A stretch of DNA of 60,709 nucleotides from Planctomycetota bacterium (GCA_045863855.1 BTVV01000029.1:1-60709); one strand, 5' to 3'; positions 1-10,334 are shown, counted from the first letter of the stretch. Notes: a model not told the origin generated them from the letters alone. Numbers and translations are program-made.

Positions 1-1355
1 CCCTCCATGAGCCGCGCTTGCATTCGCGCATTCAGCGCTCGCACGACTTCCGGCCGTGCGGCGGCGATGTTGCGCCGCTCCTGCGGATCTTCCTCGAGAT
101 CGTACAATTCGGTCCGGTCGTTGATGCTTTGTATGAGTTTGAAGCGGTCGGTGCGCAACAGCCTGAAGTTTTCGAGCGCGCTCAAGCAGTCCTCGCGATG
201 TTCGGTTCGCTCTCCGCGCAGAATCGACGCGAAGCTCCGCGCGTCGATATCCGCTTGAGGCGGCAGGCCCGCCAGATCGCAGACCGTCGCGTTCACGTCG
301 ATCAGCTCCACCAACGCGTCGCTCGTCCGCCCGCCAGAAATGCCCGGCCCGGCGGCGATCAGCGGTACGCGCAGCGCCGCCTCGTACGGCACGCTCTTGG
401 CGTATTTGCCGTGATCGCCCAGCATCTCGCCGTGGTCGCTGCTGAATATCACGTACGTGTTTTCGGTCCAGCCGCGCGCGTCCAGCACGGCGAGGATCTC
501 GCCTACCGCGTCGTCGATCGCTTCGATCGCCGCGGCGTACTGGCGCCGCGTCTCGAGAATTTTCTCCTGCGGGATTGGCTTCGCGCGTTTGGCGAACCAG
601 GCCGGTTTGTCCTCGGCGGAAAACGGGATCGCCTCCGGCATCGCCGCGTTCCGGTAGCGCTCGGCGTACGCGGTCGGCGGATCGTACGGATCGTGCGGGC
701 CGACGAAGCTTACGAAAAGGTGCCATGGGTAATCCCCGGGAATCGTCCGCAGCCACTCCGCGCTGCGCCGCCCGATGTACGTGTCTTCGAATGCTTCCGC
801 GGGCAGTATCGAATCCCACGCCGACGTTGGCCAGCCTTCTTCCGCGCGCTTCCGGTAGTCCTTATGGAAGCGCTCGTATAGGCCCTGTTCCTGCAGCCAG
901 AAGCCGTACGGGCCTTGCGGCGACGAATAATTCCCGGCGTGCATCTTGCCTTCGCATTCGATCGGATGCGTGAAGCCCCACATGTACGCGGCCGGACGGT
1001 TGCCGTGCCGGCCGTTGTAGGAATCGGGCTTGGCCAGGTCGAGCTTCCCCGCGCAGCCGACGTAGTATCCGGCGTCGCGCAAGCGCTGGTAGAAGGTGGT
1101 CGTCCGGTGCGGCAGGTACGCGGTGTTGCCCAAGGCGCCCAGGCGATGCGGCTGCACGCCGGCCGAAAGCGCGATCCGAGCCGGCACGCAGACCGGAGCG
1201 TTCGTGCAGCAATGCGTGAAGCGCACTCCGCGAGCGGCCAATTTGTCCAGGTTCGGCGTGCGCAACCAGTCCGCACCCGCGCTGCCCAGCCAGTCGAAAC
1301 GGTGCTGGTCGTCCAGAATCACCAGGATGTTCGGGGCGCGCGAGGGCTGGTCCAT
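1..1355 (-). CDS. Sulfatase (formylglycine-dependent), 3' end runs off the window
   Basis: Not in the ORF track because it is truncated. Hand translation from ATG 1355 (AAGGAG upstream) gives MDQPSRAPNILVILDDQHRFDWL...RTPNLDKLAARGVRFTH...PVCVPARIALSAG (CxPxR motif). The same frame near base 1 reads ELYDLEEDPQERRN. Confidence 0.9.
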   Translation of the reverse strand, partial: MDQPSRAPNILVILDDQHRFDWLGSAGADWLRTPNLDKLAARGVRFTHCCTNAPVCVPARIALSAGVQPHRLGALGNTAYLPHRTTTFYQRLRDAGYYVGCAGKLDLAKPDSYNGRHGNRPAAYMWGFTHPIECEGKMHAGNYSSPQGPYGFWLQEQGLYERFHKDYRKRAEEGWPTSAWDSILPAEAFEDTYIGRRSAEWLRTIPGDYPWHLFVSFVGPHDPYDPPTAYAERYRNAAMPEAIPFSAEDKPAWFAKRAKPIPQEKILETRRQYAAAIEAIDDAVGEILAVLDARGWTENTYVIFSSDHGEMLGDHGKYAKSVPYEAALRVPLIAAGPGISGGRTSDALVELIDVNATVCDLAGLPPQADIDARSFASILRGERTEHREDCLSALENFRLLRTDRFKLIQSINDRTELYDLEEDPQERRNIAAARPEVVRALNARMQARLME

Positions 1356-1390
1356 GCGGTTCGTCTCCTTACTCGTAGGAATGGCGTGCT

Positions 1391-1789
1391 TCAGTCGGCG
1401 CTCTTCCAGGCCGCCCACGCCAGGCACACCCAGCCGGCCAGATACGCGGTCCCGCCAAGCGGCGTGACCGCGCCAAGCCATTTCAGACCGCTTAAGCAGA
1501 GGACGTACAAGCTGCCCGAGAAGAACAGCGTGCCCGCGATGAACAGCCAGCCCGCCCACGGCGCGATGCCGCCCGGCCAGCGCGCGCACGCCCAGGCCAC
1601 CGCGAAGAGCGCCAGCGCGTGATACATCTGGTACCGCGCCGCCGTCTCCCAATGCCCCAGCATCTTCGCCGCCTGATCGGGCTCGTAGCGTGTCTCGAAA
1701 AAGCCCTTGAGCCCGTGCGCGCCGAACGCGCCGGTAGCTACCGAAGCGCACGCCAGCAAAGCGCCGATGATGACGAAGAGTCGATCCAT
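1391..1789 (-). CDS. DUF423/YgdD (TMEM256) family membrane protein
   Basis: GAFGAHGLK, WETAARYQMYHALAL, LFFSGSLY and LGAVTPLGG motifs; start trimmed to MDRLFV. Confidence 0.9.
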   Translation of the reverse strand: MDRLFVIIGALLACASVATGAFGAHGLKGFFETRYEPDQAAKMLGHWETAARYQMYHALALFAVAWACARWPGGIAPWAGWLFIAGTLFFSGSLYVLCLSGLKWLGAVTPLGGTAYLAGWVCLAWAAWKSAD

Positions 1790-1914
1790 GAGCCTGCGCC
1801 GCCTCGATCCGAAAATGAGCGTGCAGTTTAGCATAAGGAGGGCAGAAAATGAAACCGCGCCGGACTCGGTCTCCCAAGCACGGCGCGGCGCTATCCCTTG
1901 TTACGATTCACGAT

Positions 1915-2757
1915 TCACGCGTCACGCTTTTCCGCCTCCCGCTCCAGCAACCCCAGATGCGAACGCAGCGATCCCGGATCGATCGCTTCGCCTTGGCGTT
2001 GGTAGCGGAAATCGAAGCTCAGCCGCAGCCGGTCGGGCGTGTGATTGTCCAGCGCGCCGTGAATCGTGTGGCTGTGGAAGAGCACGAAATCTCCGGCGCG
2101 GTAATCCGTGGTCAGCCAGCGGTTGGGCCAGCCGGCGGTGGGAATCCCGTGGTTGCCCGCGCCGATGGCCGGGACGTGCGGGAGGAACCCCTGAAGGTGC
2201 GAACCTTCCAGCAGCGCCAGGCCGCCCAGCTCGTTCGGGCAGTCGCCGCAGGGAATCCACGCCGTATAGGTTTGCGGCGTGCCGCGGATGTAGAAGAAGT
2301 CCTGGTGCGGCTGCGTCGTGTTTTCGTAGTGCCGCGGAAACGAGACCCGCGCGATCGTGCGCCGGTGCGATTGCACCGGACCGTCCAGCACCGCTTCGCA
2401 GATGCGCAGAATCTCCGGCGAAACTGCGAAGCCGTTGAACGAATCGAGCTCCAGCAGCTCGCGGTATAGCTTGTTGTAAGCGGGATGATCGGGGAACGGG
2501 ATCCCGCTGTAGACCCCGTCCTGCAGGTCGCTGCCCGGCCTAATCCAGCCGTGCGCGCGGCAGAGCTTCAAAATATCCAGCCGCGCGTCCAGCAGCCGCT
2601 CCCGGTTCAGCGCGCCGCGGAAGAACAGGTAGCCGCTCTCGGCCAGCCGCGCCCGCAGCGCGGGCGGATCCTTCAACAGCGCGTTCGACGCTTCGTACTC
2701 GCCGGTGGGCCGGATGCGTTCGGCCAGGCGCGGGGCGGGTGCGGCGGTGGCGGTCAT
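1915..2757 (-). CDS. Phytanoyl-CoA dioxygenase (PhyH) family Fe/2OG dioxygenase
   Basis: PHQD, TAWIP, GGLALLEGSH, GDFVLFHSHTIHGALDN, RLSFDFRYQ. Confidence 0.9.
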   Translation of the reverse strand: MTATAAPAPRLAERIRPTGEYEASNALLKDPPALRARLAESGYLFFRGALNRERLLDARLDILKLCRAHGWIRPGSDLQDGVYSGIPFPDHPAYNKLYRELLELDSFNGFAVSPEILRICEAVLDGPVQSHRRTIARVSFPRHYENTTQPHQDFFYIRGTPQTYTAWIPCGDCPNELGGLALLEGSHLQGFLPHVPAIGAGNHGIPTAGWPNRWLTTDYRAGDFVLFHSHTIHGALDNHTPDRLRLSFDFRYQRQGEAIDPGSLRSHLGLLEREAEKRDA

Positions 2758-2851
2758 CGGTTAGCTCCTCGAGTCTCGGTACGCTCCGATTGAACCTCTT
2801 TGGGCTTGAAACCGCCATGGCGCGGACGGCAATCTTTTGTACTATTCGTCA

Positions 2852-3760
2852 ATGGCCGTGCCGCGCGCCGAGACTCCGTTCGACCCCCTGAGCACGCCGC
2901 CGCGGGTGCTTCTGGCCAATTTCTACCCCTTCGCCCCCGGCGAATTCGCTCCGCCGCGCTGGAGCCGCAGCAACCTGTTTCTCCCCTGCACCGCCGGGCG
3001 CGGGATCGTCCAGGTCGGCACGAGGCGCTTCGCGTTGAGCGCCGGGCAGGTGCTGCACGTGCCGTGGGCCACCGCGCTGCAGTACGAAGCCGACGCGCGC
3101 GAACCCTTCGTGCTCATCGGCGTGCACTTGGCGTATGCGCCTTGGCAGGACCAAGCCGGCCCGCGTCCGCACCACGCGTACCGGAATATCACCATGCGCG
3201 ACGAGGCCTTCGAGCGCCCGCCCGCGCGGCAGCCGTACGCCGAGCCGTTTGTCGTATCCGTCCCGCCGGACTCGAACCTGCTCGAGTATGCCGCCGCGGT
3301 CGCCACGGCCTACGAGCGCGGCCTCGACGAACGCGACGCGCCGGACCGCGATGCGCGCCTGCGCGCGGCGGCGCTGACCTTCTTGCTCGAATTCCGCGCC
3401 TGCCTGCGGCGTAGCGCGGGAGGTGCGCCGCATCTTCAGGCCGGACGGGTCCGCGAGATCATCTCGTTCATGGAACTGTCGTACGCGCGAACGCATACGC
3501 GCGCCGGTCTGGCCGAACGCGCCGGGGTCAGCGAATCGACGCTCGCAGCCGCGTTCCGCGCCGTCACCGGCCGCTCGCCTATCGACTACCTGATCGACGT
3601 GCGCCTCGCCCACGCCCGACGCCTGCTCGCTTCCAGCCGCCTGCGTGTCGGCGAAATCGCCCGCGCCGTCGGCATGCCCGACGTGTACCACTTCTCGAAG
3701 CTTTTCAAGAAGCGCCTGGGCCGCTCGCCGCTGGCCTACCGCCGCCGCCGCGCGCTATGA
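2852..3760 (+). CDS. AraC family transcriptional regulator
   Basis: Cupin-like N-terminus and C-terminal double HTH (LAERAGVSES...SPIDYL...RLAHARRLL...IARAVG...HFSKLFKKRLGRSPLAYR); divergent from the PhyH gene. Confidence 0.9.
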   Translation: MAVPRAETPFDPLSTPPRVLLANFYPFAPGEFAPPRWSRSNLFLPCTAGRGIVQVGTRRFALSAGQVLHVPWATALQYEADAREPFVLIGVHLAYAPWQDQAGPRPHHAYRNITMRDEAFERPPARQPYAEPFVVSVPPDSNLLEYAAAVATAYERGLDERDAPDRDARLRAAALTFLLEFRACLRRSAGGAPHLQAGRVREIISFMELSYARTHTRAGLAERAGVSESTLAAAFRAVTGRSPIDYLIDVRLAHARRLLASSRLRVGEIARAVGMPDVYHFSKLFKKRLGRSPLAYRRRRAL

Positions 3761-3787
3761 TGCGCCGGGTTTGAACGAGACCGTGCC

Positions 3788-4195
3788 ATGAACCGACCCG
3801 AACGAAGGCTGGTTTATCTGCTGCGCGCGCTCAGCGCCGTGACGCTCGCGGCATTGCCCTTCGCCTTCCTGCCGCGCGCGTGGCTGGCCGAGATCCACGC
3901 CGCCATGGGCTTGGGCGCATTTCCCGAAGGCCCCGTCCCCGAATACCTGGCCCGCTCGCTCTCGCTTTTCTACGCCCTGCTCGGAGGACTGCTTGGGTTA
4001 TTCAGCACCGACGTACGCCGCTACGCGCCGGCCATCGCCTTCTTGGCCTGGGCGGGCATCGGCTTTGCCGCTGCGATAACCTGGATCGACTGGCTCGTGG
4101 GACTTCCGCTCTGGTGGATCCTGGGCGAAGGACCGGTAGTGGCCCTATGGTGTTTGGGACTGTTGTGGTGCTTACGTCAGATGCCGCCGGATTGA
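3788..4195 (+). CDS. Small hypothetical membrane protein (about 4 TM helices)
   Basis: Hydrophobic 135-aa ORF directly after the AraC gene, with PVPEYLARSLSLFYA and DVRRY segments. Confidence 0.75.
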   Translation: MNRPERRLVYLLRALSAVTLAALPFAFLPRAWLAEIHAAMGLGAFPEGPVPEYLARSLSLFYALLGGLLGLFSTDVRRYAPAIAFLAWAGIGFAAAITWIDWLVGLPLWWILGEGPVVALWCLGLLWCLRQMPPD

Positions 4196-4292
4196 TCTGT
4201 GGGCCTGTTGGGTCGTAAGCATGCTTTGAAGCCATGACTTTCCTTCGCTTCCTCCATGGACTTTGGGGTGAATCCTTTGGTGTTGCCACCCT

Positions 4293-5447
4293 TCACGCCA
4301 AATCCACATACGCCACCGCGCCCGCGCGCCACGCGTCCGTTAAACCCAACTCCGCCGCCGACCACGCCTTCCCGCCCCCGCGCAACACCGCCTCCGTACC
4401 GGCGGCCACGGGAACCGCAAAGAGCGCCAAGCCGCTCGGATGCCGCCCTTTCGGCGCCCAGATTCGGCCCGCCTCCAGGCGCAGGTCGTCTGCGCCGTGC
4501 CGGACGATCCAGAGCGCGTGATTGGCATGGGCTTCCGGCGCGTGCTCGGGAACCTCGTGCCAAGCTTCGCCGCGCAGCGCCGCACGCAGCAGCGCCCAGA
4601 CCGGATCGTCCGGAGGAATCGGATGGCCCGAGCCGTCGGCGCGCAAGTGTTGCAGCAAGCCTCGGTGCGAACTATGCGCGTAATCCGGCAGCACTCGATA
4701 AGGACGCTCGCGCAACCGACCGGCCGGTGCACCGGGCCGAGCGAACCACGGATTCGGCTGGCTGCACGCCAGCGGCACGATCCCGTCGCTGTCGCGGCCG
4801 CCGACGATCGGCGCCAGCCAGTTCGAACGCCGCAGCACGCTCGTCAGGGCATACATAGGCGGGAGCAGCGCTTCGTGCGCGCGTTCGGCCCAGGTCAGAT
4901 CCCAGAGCCACGGCTGCGGAGCCAGCATCGCCTGAGCCAGCCCGGCGCCGGGGACCAGGCCCCAACGCACCATGGCCCGCGCGGCGCGTTTCAGGTACAC
5001 GCCGTGCCGTGGGGCGCCGCACTCGATGAACAGGCGCACCGGAGGCGCAAGGTTCCGGTCGAGGTAATGGCGGCGCATCCAGACCCGGGCCACCAGTGTC
5101 CCCATACTGTGCGCAAGCACCGTGAGAGGGGCGCCGTTCCACGCCGCTTCCGCCCGAAGCGTCTGCTCCAGCCGGTCCGCCAGTTGCTCTAACGTGATCC
5201 GTCGTCCTTGCGTCGGGTAGGGTAGGAAGCTGGGAAGCACCACGTGCTTAATGGAATTGAGCAAGGTGGGCAAAGCTGCGAAGGTGTGCGCGCCACCCAG
5301 CCAGCCGTGCAGGAGCAAGACCGGTGTCGTGCGGGACGATTCGGGAGGCAGTTCCAAATCTCCAAATGGGTTGGTGCAGCACCAGGGCAGGTATCGGCGT
5401 CCTGCCTTCAGCCCAGAATCGTATAACGCACGCAAGGATCGGTTCAC
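4293..5447 (-). CDS. Alpha/beta-hydrolase (lipase/esterase-like)
   Basis: VLLLHGWLG oxyanion motif, AHSMG nucleophile elbow, GAPRHG, SDGIVP and a downstream His. Confidence 0.8.
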   Translation of the reverse strand: MNRSLRALYDSGLKAGRRYLPWCCTNPFGDLELPPESSRTTPVLLLHGWLGGAHTFAALPTLLNSIKHVVLPSFLPYPTQGRRITLEQLADRLEQTLRAEAAWNGAPLTVLAHSMGTLVARVWMRRHYLDRNLAPPVRLFIECGAPRHGVYLKRAARAMVRWGLVPGAGLAQAMLAPQPWLWDLTWAERAHEALLPPMYALTSVLRRSNWLAPIVGGRDSDGIVPLACSQPNPWFARPGAPAGRLRERPYRVLPDYAHSSHRGLLQHLRADGSGHPIPPDDPVWALLRAALRGEAWHEVPEHAPEAHANHALWIVRHGADDLRLEAGRIWAPKGRHPSGLALFAVPVAAGTEAVLRGGGKAWSAAELGLTDAWRAGAVAYVDLA

Positions 5448-5487
5448 ACAAGAATAGGGTAGACTGTATCCGGGTGGGATCGGACCT

Positions 5488-7323
5488 ATGAAGTTCTACT
5501 TTTGCGAAACCTGCGGCAAACGCGTCACCGAGGTGGACTTGGCCAGCGGCCAAGCTCGGGACAAGAAAATGCGTGGGATGTACTGCGAGGCTTGCGCCGG
5601 CAGCGTGATGACCTTGGAGACCGAGGCGCTGACCGAAGAGCAGGCGCGCGGCGTCTTGAAAGAAGAGTCCCCGGGCGCGACGCCCGCGAAGCCCATTTCC
5701 GGCATTCAGGCGCGCCCTTCCAGCACGGCCTTGCGGCCGGCCAAGAAACAATCCGATCCGATCCATGAGACCGGCGTCGTTCCGGTTCCCGGCTCCACTC
5801 GAATGTCCGGCCGACGCCCCGCGGGGCGCCTCAGCACCGGTCGCAACATGCGTCCGGGCACGCCGGGCGAAAGTTCGTTGAGCCAGACGCCCGTGGCCAT
5901 GGGCGTGCTGATCGTGGGTGGGTTGGTGGCTTTGGTCGGGGGCGGATTGCTGCTCTTCGGCGGCAAGTCGCATTCAACCGTAACGGTCGACCCGGCAGAG
6001 TCCCGGCCGGTCGCCGCATCTCAGCCTCCGGCTGCTCAGAAAGCGCCGGAAGCCGCCAAGTCGGAAGCGCGCTTCGCGCAACGCACCGCGACCGGCGCCG
6101 CTCAGCGCGTGGACGATCCCGCCGCGCCTGCGGCACCCGCCTTGGACGAGGGTAAGTCCGCATTCGATGCTTTCGAAGCGCTCTGGCAGGATCTGGGCGA
6201 CGACCGTAAGGACGAACGCATTGCCTTGGCGCGCGAGTACCTGGATAAGCACGGTTCGAGTTTCGAGGCGGCGCGCGCGCGCGTGATGCTCCAGCGGCTC
6301 ACCGAGGCTCCCGCCGCCGATAAGGCGCCTGGGGCCGCGCAGAAGCCCGTGGAGACCATGGGCGGCGGTTCGGCGCCTCCCGAACGCTTGTCGATCGATC
6401 AATTGGTCTCCAAAGCCCTCGAAGCCGAAAAGCGCGGCGCCGTCGAAGAAGCGCTGGCCCTATACGAGCGCGCAATCAAGATCGACGGGCGCAACCACGT
6501 CGTCCGCTCCAACATGGGCAACCTTAAGCGCATGCAAGGCGACCTGGAAGGCGGCCTGAAAGAGGTCGAGATGGCGCTTAAGCGCAGCCCCGATTTCGGC
6601 AACGCCTGGGCCGTCAAGGCCGTGATCCTGGGCGGGCTGGGGCGCGACGAAGAGTTCAAGCAGGCCCGGGAACGGGCCGTTAAACTGATGGCCGACCGGC
6701 CCGAGATGGGCGCTTCCATCGACTCCGAAGTGCAACGCGCGCTCCTGCACCGCGCCGGAAAGCAGTTCGAGAACGCGGAACCGCAGACCGCGGAGCAGTT
6801 CATGCAGCGCGCCCAGTTCCGGCTGGCACAGAAACGCTGGACGGAGGCGATTGCGGACTTCGAGCAGGCCGTCGAACGCGATACCGCCCTGGCCGCCAAG
6901 GGCGTCTACCATGCCATGGCTCAGGCCGCCGAGCGGATCCCTGACTACCCCAAGAAAATCGGTTACATGCGTCGTTGGTATCAGGCCGCTCCGGAGAACG
7001 CCGAAGCCGCCAACGGCTACGCTTGGGAACTGCTCACCTGCAAGGACGAGACGTTGCGCGATCCGCGCGGCGCGCTGGACCCCGCGCGCAAGGCCGCCGA
7101 TCTGAGCGCCCACAAGAATCCCGCGATTCTCGATACCTACGCTTTGGCGCTCTTCCGTTCGGGGAGCCTCAAGGAAGCGGTGGATACGCAGAAGAAAGCC
7201 ATCGACCTCCTGCCGGCCGAAACCACCGCCGAGGCCAGGAAAGAGTACACGAGCCGCCTCAAGGAATTCGAAGCCGCCCTGCGCCTGGGCAACATCGGCG
7301 AAGCACCCGTCGAGATGCGCTGA
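5488..7323 (+). CDS. Single-pass membrane protein with N-terminal Cys4 zinc-finger-like motif and C-terminal TPRs
   Basis: CETC...CEAC; TM segment MGVLIVGGLVALVGGGLLLFG; TPR helices including NGYAWELLTC...ILDTYALALF. Confidence 0.85.
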   Translation: MKFYFCETCGKRVTEVDLASGQARDKKMRGMYCEACAGSVMTLETEALTEEQARGVLKEESPGATPAKPISGIQARPSSTALRPAKKQSDPIHETGVVPVPGSTRMSGRRPAGRLSTGRNMRPGTPGESSLSQTPVAMGVLIVGGLVALVGGGLLLFGGKSHSTVTVDPAESRPVAASQPPAAQKAPEAAKSEARFAQRTATGAAQRVDDPAAPAAPALDEGKSAFDAFEALWQDLGDDRKDERIALAREYLDKHGSSFEAARARVMLQRLTEAPAADKAPGAAQKPVETMGGGSAPPERLSIDQLVSKALEAEKRGAVEEALALYERAIKIDGRNHVVRSNMGNLKRMQGDLEGGLKEVEMALKRSPDFGNAWAVKAVILGGLGRDEEFKQARERAVKLMADRPEMGASIDSEVQRALLHRAGKQFENAEPQTAEQFMQRAQFRLAQKRWTEAIADFEQAVERDTALAAKGVYHAMAQAAERIPDYPKKIGYMRRWYQAAPENAEAANGYAWELLTCKDETLRDPRGALDPARKAADLSAHKNPAILDTYALALFRSGSLKEAVDTQKKAIDLLPAETTAEARKEYTSRLKEFEAALRLGNIGEAPVEMR

Positions 7324-7378
7324 GACGGCCGAAGCGACGTGCGCGCCGCCCGGGCATGTATTACCATCTTCCCTTCGT

Positions 7379-8449
7379 ATGGATCTGCCACGAATTGAAC
7401 TTTCGGGCTCGCTCCGGCGCATGGGCGAATCCTTCGGCGAAGCCTGCCGCGAGGACGCGCGCGCGTTGTACGAGATCCGCATCGGCTGGGCGCAACGCTT
7501 TGCCGCCGAACACGGACGCAGCTTCAGCCACGAGCAGATTCTGGATACCGCGCGGCGATGCCTCCCCGCCACCGCAAGCTACGACCCCGAAGGATTCGAG
7601 GAGTTTTCCGGCATCGCCCGCGGCGCGAGATTGTCTCCCGAGCAAGCCTACGTACTGATGGGCCTGACCGACCTGCGCGACGTCCTGGCTTGGGGACCGT
7701 TGCCCGACGGCATGGGTTGCAGCAGTTTCGCCGTCGCGCCCGCGCGCGGCGAGAATGGGAACCTCCTGCTGGGACAGACCTGGGATCTGCAGACCGACAA
7801 CATGCCTTTCGTACGGCTGGTCCGCCGCCGGCCCGACCGCGGACCCGCGACGCTCTCTGTCACCTTGACCGGCTGCCTGACCCTGATCGGCATGAACGAA
7901 GCGGGCATCGCCGTCGGCAATACCAACATTCAAACCCGCGATGTCCGACTGGGGGTGCAGTACCTGAGCGTATTGCATCGGGCGATCCGAGCGGCCAGCA
8001 CGGACGAAGCCATTGAGGCGATCGTCTCGGCGCCGCGCGCCGGAGCGCACTATTACTATGTCGGCGGGCCCGACGGGCGCTTCGTGGGCCTGGAATGCAG
8101 CGCGCGCCAGGCGGCGCGGTTCGAACCCGGCGCTCGAGATTTCGTGCACTGCAACCACGCGCTCGACGCCGGTATCGCCGCGCTGCACCCCGATCCGACC
8201 CAGCCCTCGACGCTCTTCCGCCAGAATCGATTGACCGAACTGCTGGCGCAGCACGCCGGCCCCGTCGGCGTCGCCGACCTGAAGCGCATGCTCTCCGACC
8301 GCACCGGCGGAGCGAACTGCCTCTGCCGGTACGAGACCGGCGACGTGAGCACCAATGCGTGCGTGATCATGAGCCCCCAGACGCGCACGCTTCACGCTTG
8401 CCGCGGGCAGCCCGATCGCGGCGTCTGGCGCACCGAACAAGTCGGATAG
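7379..8449 (+). CDS. Peptidase C45 family Ntn-hydrolase (isopenicillin-N acyltransferase-like)
   Basis: G-CSSF autoproteolysis site, GQTWD, IGMNEAGIAV, HCNH. Confidence 0.85.
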   Translation: MDLPRIELSGSLRRMGESFGEACREDARALYEIRIGWAQRFAAEHGRSFSHEQILDTARRCLPATASYDPEGFEEFSGIARGARLSPEQAYVLMGLTDLRDVLAWGPLPDGMGCSSFAVAPARGENGNLLLGQTWDLQTDNMPFVRLVRRRPDRGPATLSVTLTGCLTLIGMNEAGIAVGNTNIQTRDVRLGVQYLSVLHRAIRAASTDEAIEAIVSAPRAGAHYYYVGGPDGRFVGLECSARQAARFEPGARDFVHCNHALDAGIAALHPDPTQPSTLFRQNRLTELLAQHAGPVGVADLKRMLSDRTGGANCLCRYETGDVSTNACVIMSPQTRTLHACRGQPDRGVWRTEQVG

Positions 8450-8474
8450 CGGCTTCTTCGCCGCGTCGGCCGCG

Positions 8475-9056
8475 TCACGGCGAAATGCGCGTCCCCAGCA
8501 CCTTCAGAAACGCCGCCAGCCACGCCGGGTGCGCCGGCCAAGCCGGCGCGGTCACTAGGTTCCCGTCGGTGTACGCGCCGTCGATGGGTATTTCCATATA
8601 GGTGCCGCCCGCCAGCGTGACGTCCGGGCCCACCGCCGGGTACGCCGTGCAGCGCCGACCCTTCAGCACACCGGAGGCCGCCAGGATTTGCAGCGCATGG
8701 CAGATCGCCGCGATCGGTTTGCCGGCATCGGCGAAATGCCTCACGATCTCGCGCACGCGGGGATTCAGGCGCAGGTATTCCGGAGCGCGACCGCCGGGCA
8801 GCAGCAGCGCGTCGTACGCCTCGGGCTGGATTTCCTCGAAGCTCGCATTGAGCGTGAAGTTGTGGCCGGGGCGTTCGAGGTACGTCTGGTCGCCTTCGAA
8901 ATCGTGCACGGCCGTTTTGACCGTCTCGCCCGCGCGCTTGCCGGGGCAGACGGCATGCACCGTATGGCCCACCGCCAGCAAAGCCTGGAAAGGGACCATG
9001 ATCTCGTAATCTTCGACAAAATCTCCGGCGAGCAGAAGAATCTTCTTGGCGGGCAT
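8475..9056 (-). CDS. DJ-1/PfpI family protein
   Basis: [36 protein letters not shown]. Confidence 0.92.
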   Translation of the reverse strand: MPAKKILLLAGDFVEDYEIMVPFQALLAVGHTVHAVCPGKRAGETVKTAVHDFEGDQTYLERPGHNFTLNASFEEIQPEAYDALLLPGGRAPEYLRLNPRVREIVRHFADAGKPIAAICHALQILAASGVLKGRRCTAYPAVGPDVTLAGGTYMEIPIDGAYTDGNLVTAPAWPAHPAWLAAFLKVLGTRISP

Positions 9057-9274
9057 CAGCGGGCTCCAGGGGTCGCGAAGCGCACGGCACCATACTCGAA
9101 AGCGGTCCGGGACGGATAGGGTGAGATGGACCTGCGGCGCGCAATCCGCCCTGCCAAAAGCCCGAGCGGATCGGGTTCGGGCATCTAAGCAGGCGATTCG
9201 GACCTGAATGGAAGCAGTTGGACCGGAGCGGTCTGCGGCTATACGTCGCGGCGCATCTCAAGACTTGAACTCGG

Positions 9275-10003
9275 TTAGTCGAAGCAGCGCAGCACCGGTT
9301 CCCGCACTCGCGAACGGCGCAGCGGGCGCGCGCCCAAGGATTTCAGCGCCGCGTTGACGTGTTTCACAATCTGCCGCGGCGTGGCCCCCGACGTAAGCAG
9401 CCGGTCGTAGATCATGGCATCCGCCAGATTGGCGTACGTATCTTGAACCTCGGTGCGATACGCGATCACCGCCGCCAACCCCGTCGCGTCCACCAGCCGC
9501 TGAAGCGTCTCGCTCAGGCTGCCGATCTCGCAACTGCTGAAGAGCACTACCTTGCCCGCCAAGCCCTCGAAGAGATCGAAGTTCTCTTCCAGCCGGATGT
9601 CTTCGAACGTGAGCGAGAACGTGCCTTCCCGGTGCCCGTGTCCGCAGAAGTGAATCATGCGCACGTTCGGCAACCGCCCCTCGTGGCGCAAGAAGCGGCG
9701 CAGATCCTCCCGCGTGTGCACACGCTCGTAGAGCAACCGAGCGTCGTAGCCGGCGAGCAATTCCTGAATGAACGGGCCCTGCCCCCGCGACGACCGCAGG
9801 CTCCGGTCCAGCCGCGCTTCGAGCATCAGGAAAATTTCGTTATCGGGATAGCCCAGCGTCCGTGCGTGCACCAACCGCCGCTCGCCCAAGTCGGTGACGA
9901 CCCGGCGCATCCAACGGTCCACTTGAGTCACTCTGGCGCCTACGCGCTTGCGGCGCCGGCGCAAAATGACTCGTTCTCCGATCTGAAATGTTCTCGTTCG
10001 CAT
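9275..10003 (-). CDS. Hypothetical protein with a CHAT/caspase-like (DUF6642-like) domain and a basic N-terminal module
   Basis: IHFCGHG ... VVLFSSC His/Cys spacing and GLAAVIAYRTEV. Confidence 0.6.
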   Translation of the reverse strand: MRTRTFQIGERVILRRRRKRVGARVTQVDRWMRRVVTDLGERRLVHARTLGYPDNEIFLMLEARLDRSLRSSRGQGPFIQELLAGYDARLLYERVHTREDLRRFLRHEGRLPNVRMIHFCGHGHREGTFSLTFEDIRLEENFDLFEGLAGKVVLFSSCEIGSLSETLQRLVDATGLAAVIAYRTEVQDTYANLADAMIYDRLLTSGATPRQIVKHVNAALKSLGARPLRRSRVREPVLRCFD

Positions 10004-10334
10004 GGCGGGGTGTGCTCCTACGACTCCTTTTCCTCACGGGGGCTCCAAGCGGCCCCTCCACCCGCCCGTGCTTAACCAAATCATAGGCCATGATTATTGA
10101 AAGCACAATGTGATCCGACGGAATTTTGAGTCTTAATTCGCGCGCTCTTTAGATATTATAAGACGTTTATATATATTGACTTAAGCTAATACATGCGCAT
10201 ACAAAAAGATCCGTATATAAACCTAATTAACAAGGTGATTGTTATACAAGACTCGGCGAAGCCATATTGTAAACCCAAGCCTAGTCTGAGAAGATGCCCA
10301 AGCCTGTTTTTGCAGGTCGTTTGGACACACGTGC

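Noticed and set aside
7379..8449. C45 enzyme with the PhyH dioxygenase as a beta-lactam biosynthesis cluster
   Set aside because: There is no NRPS or isopenicillin N synthase, and both families are common as stand-alone genes.
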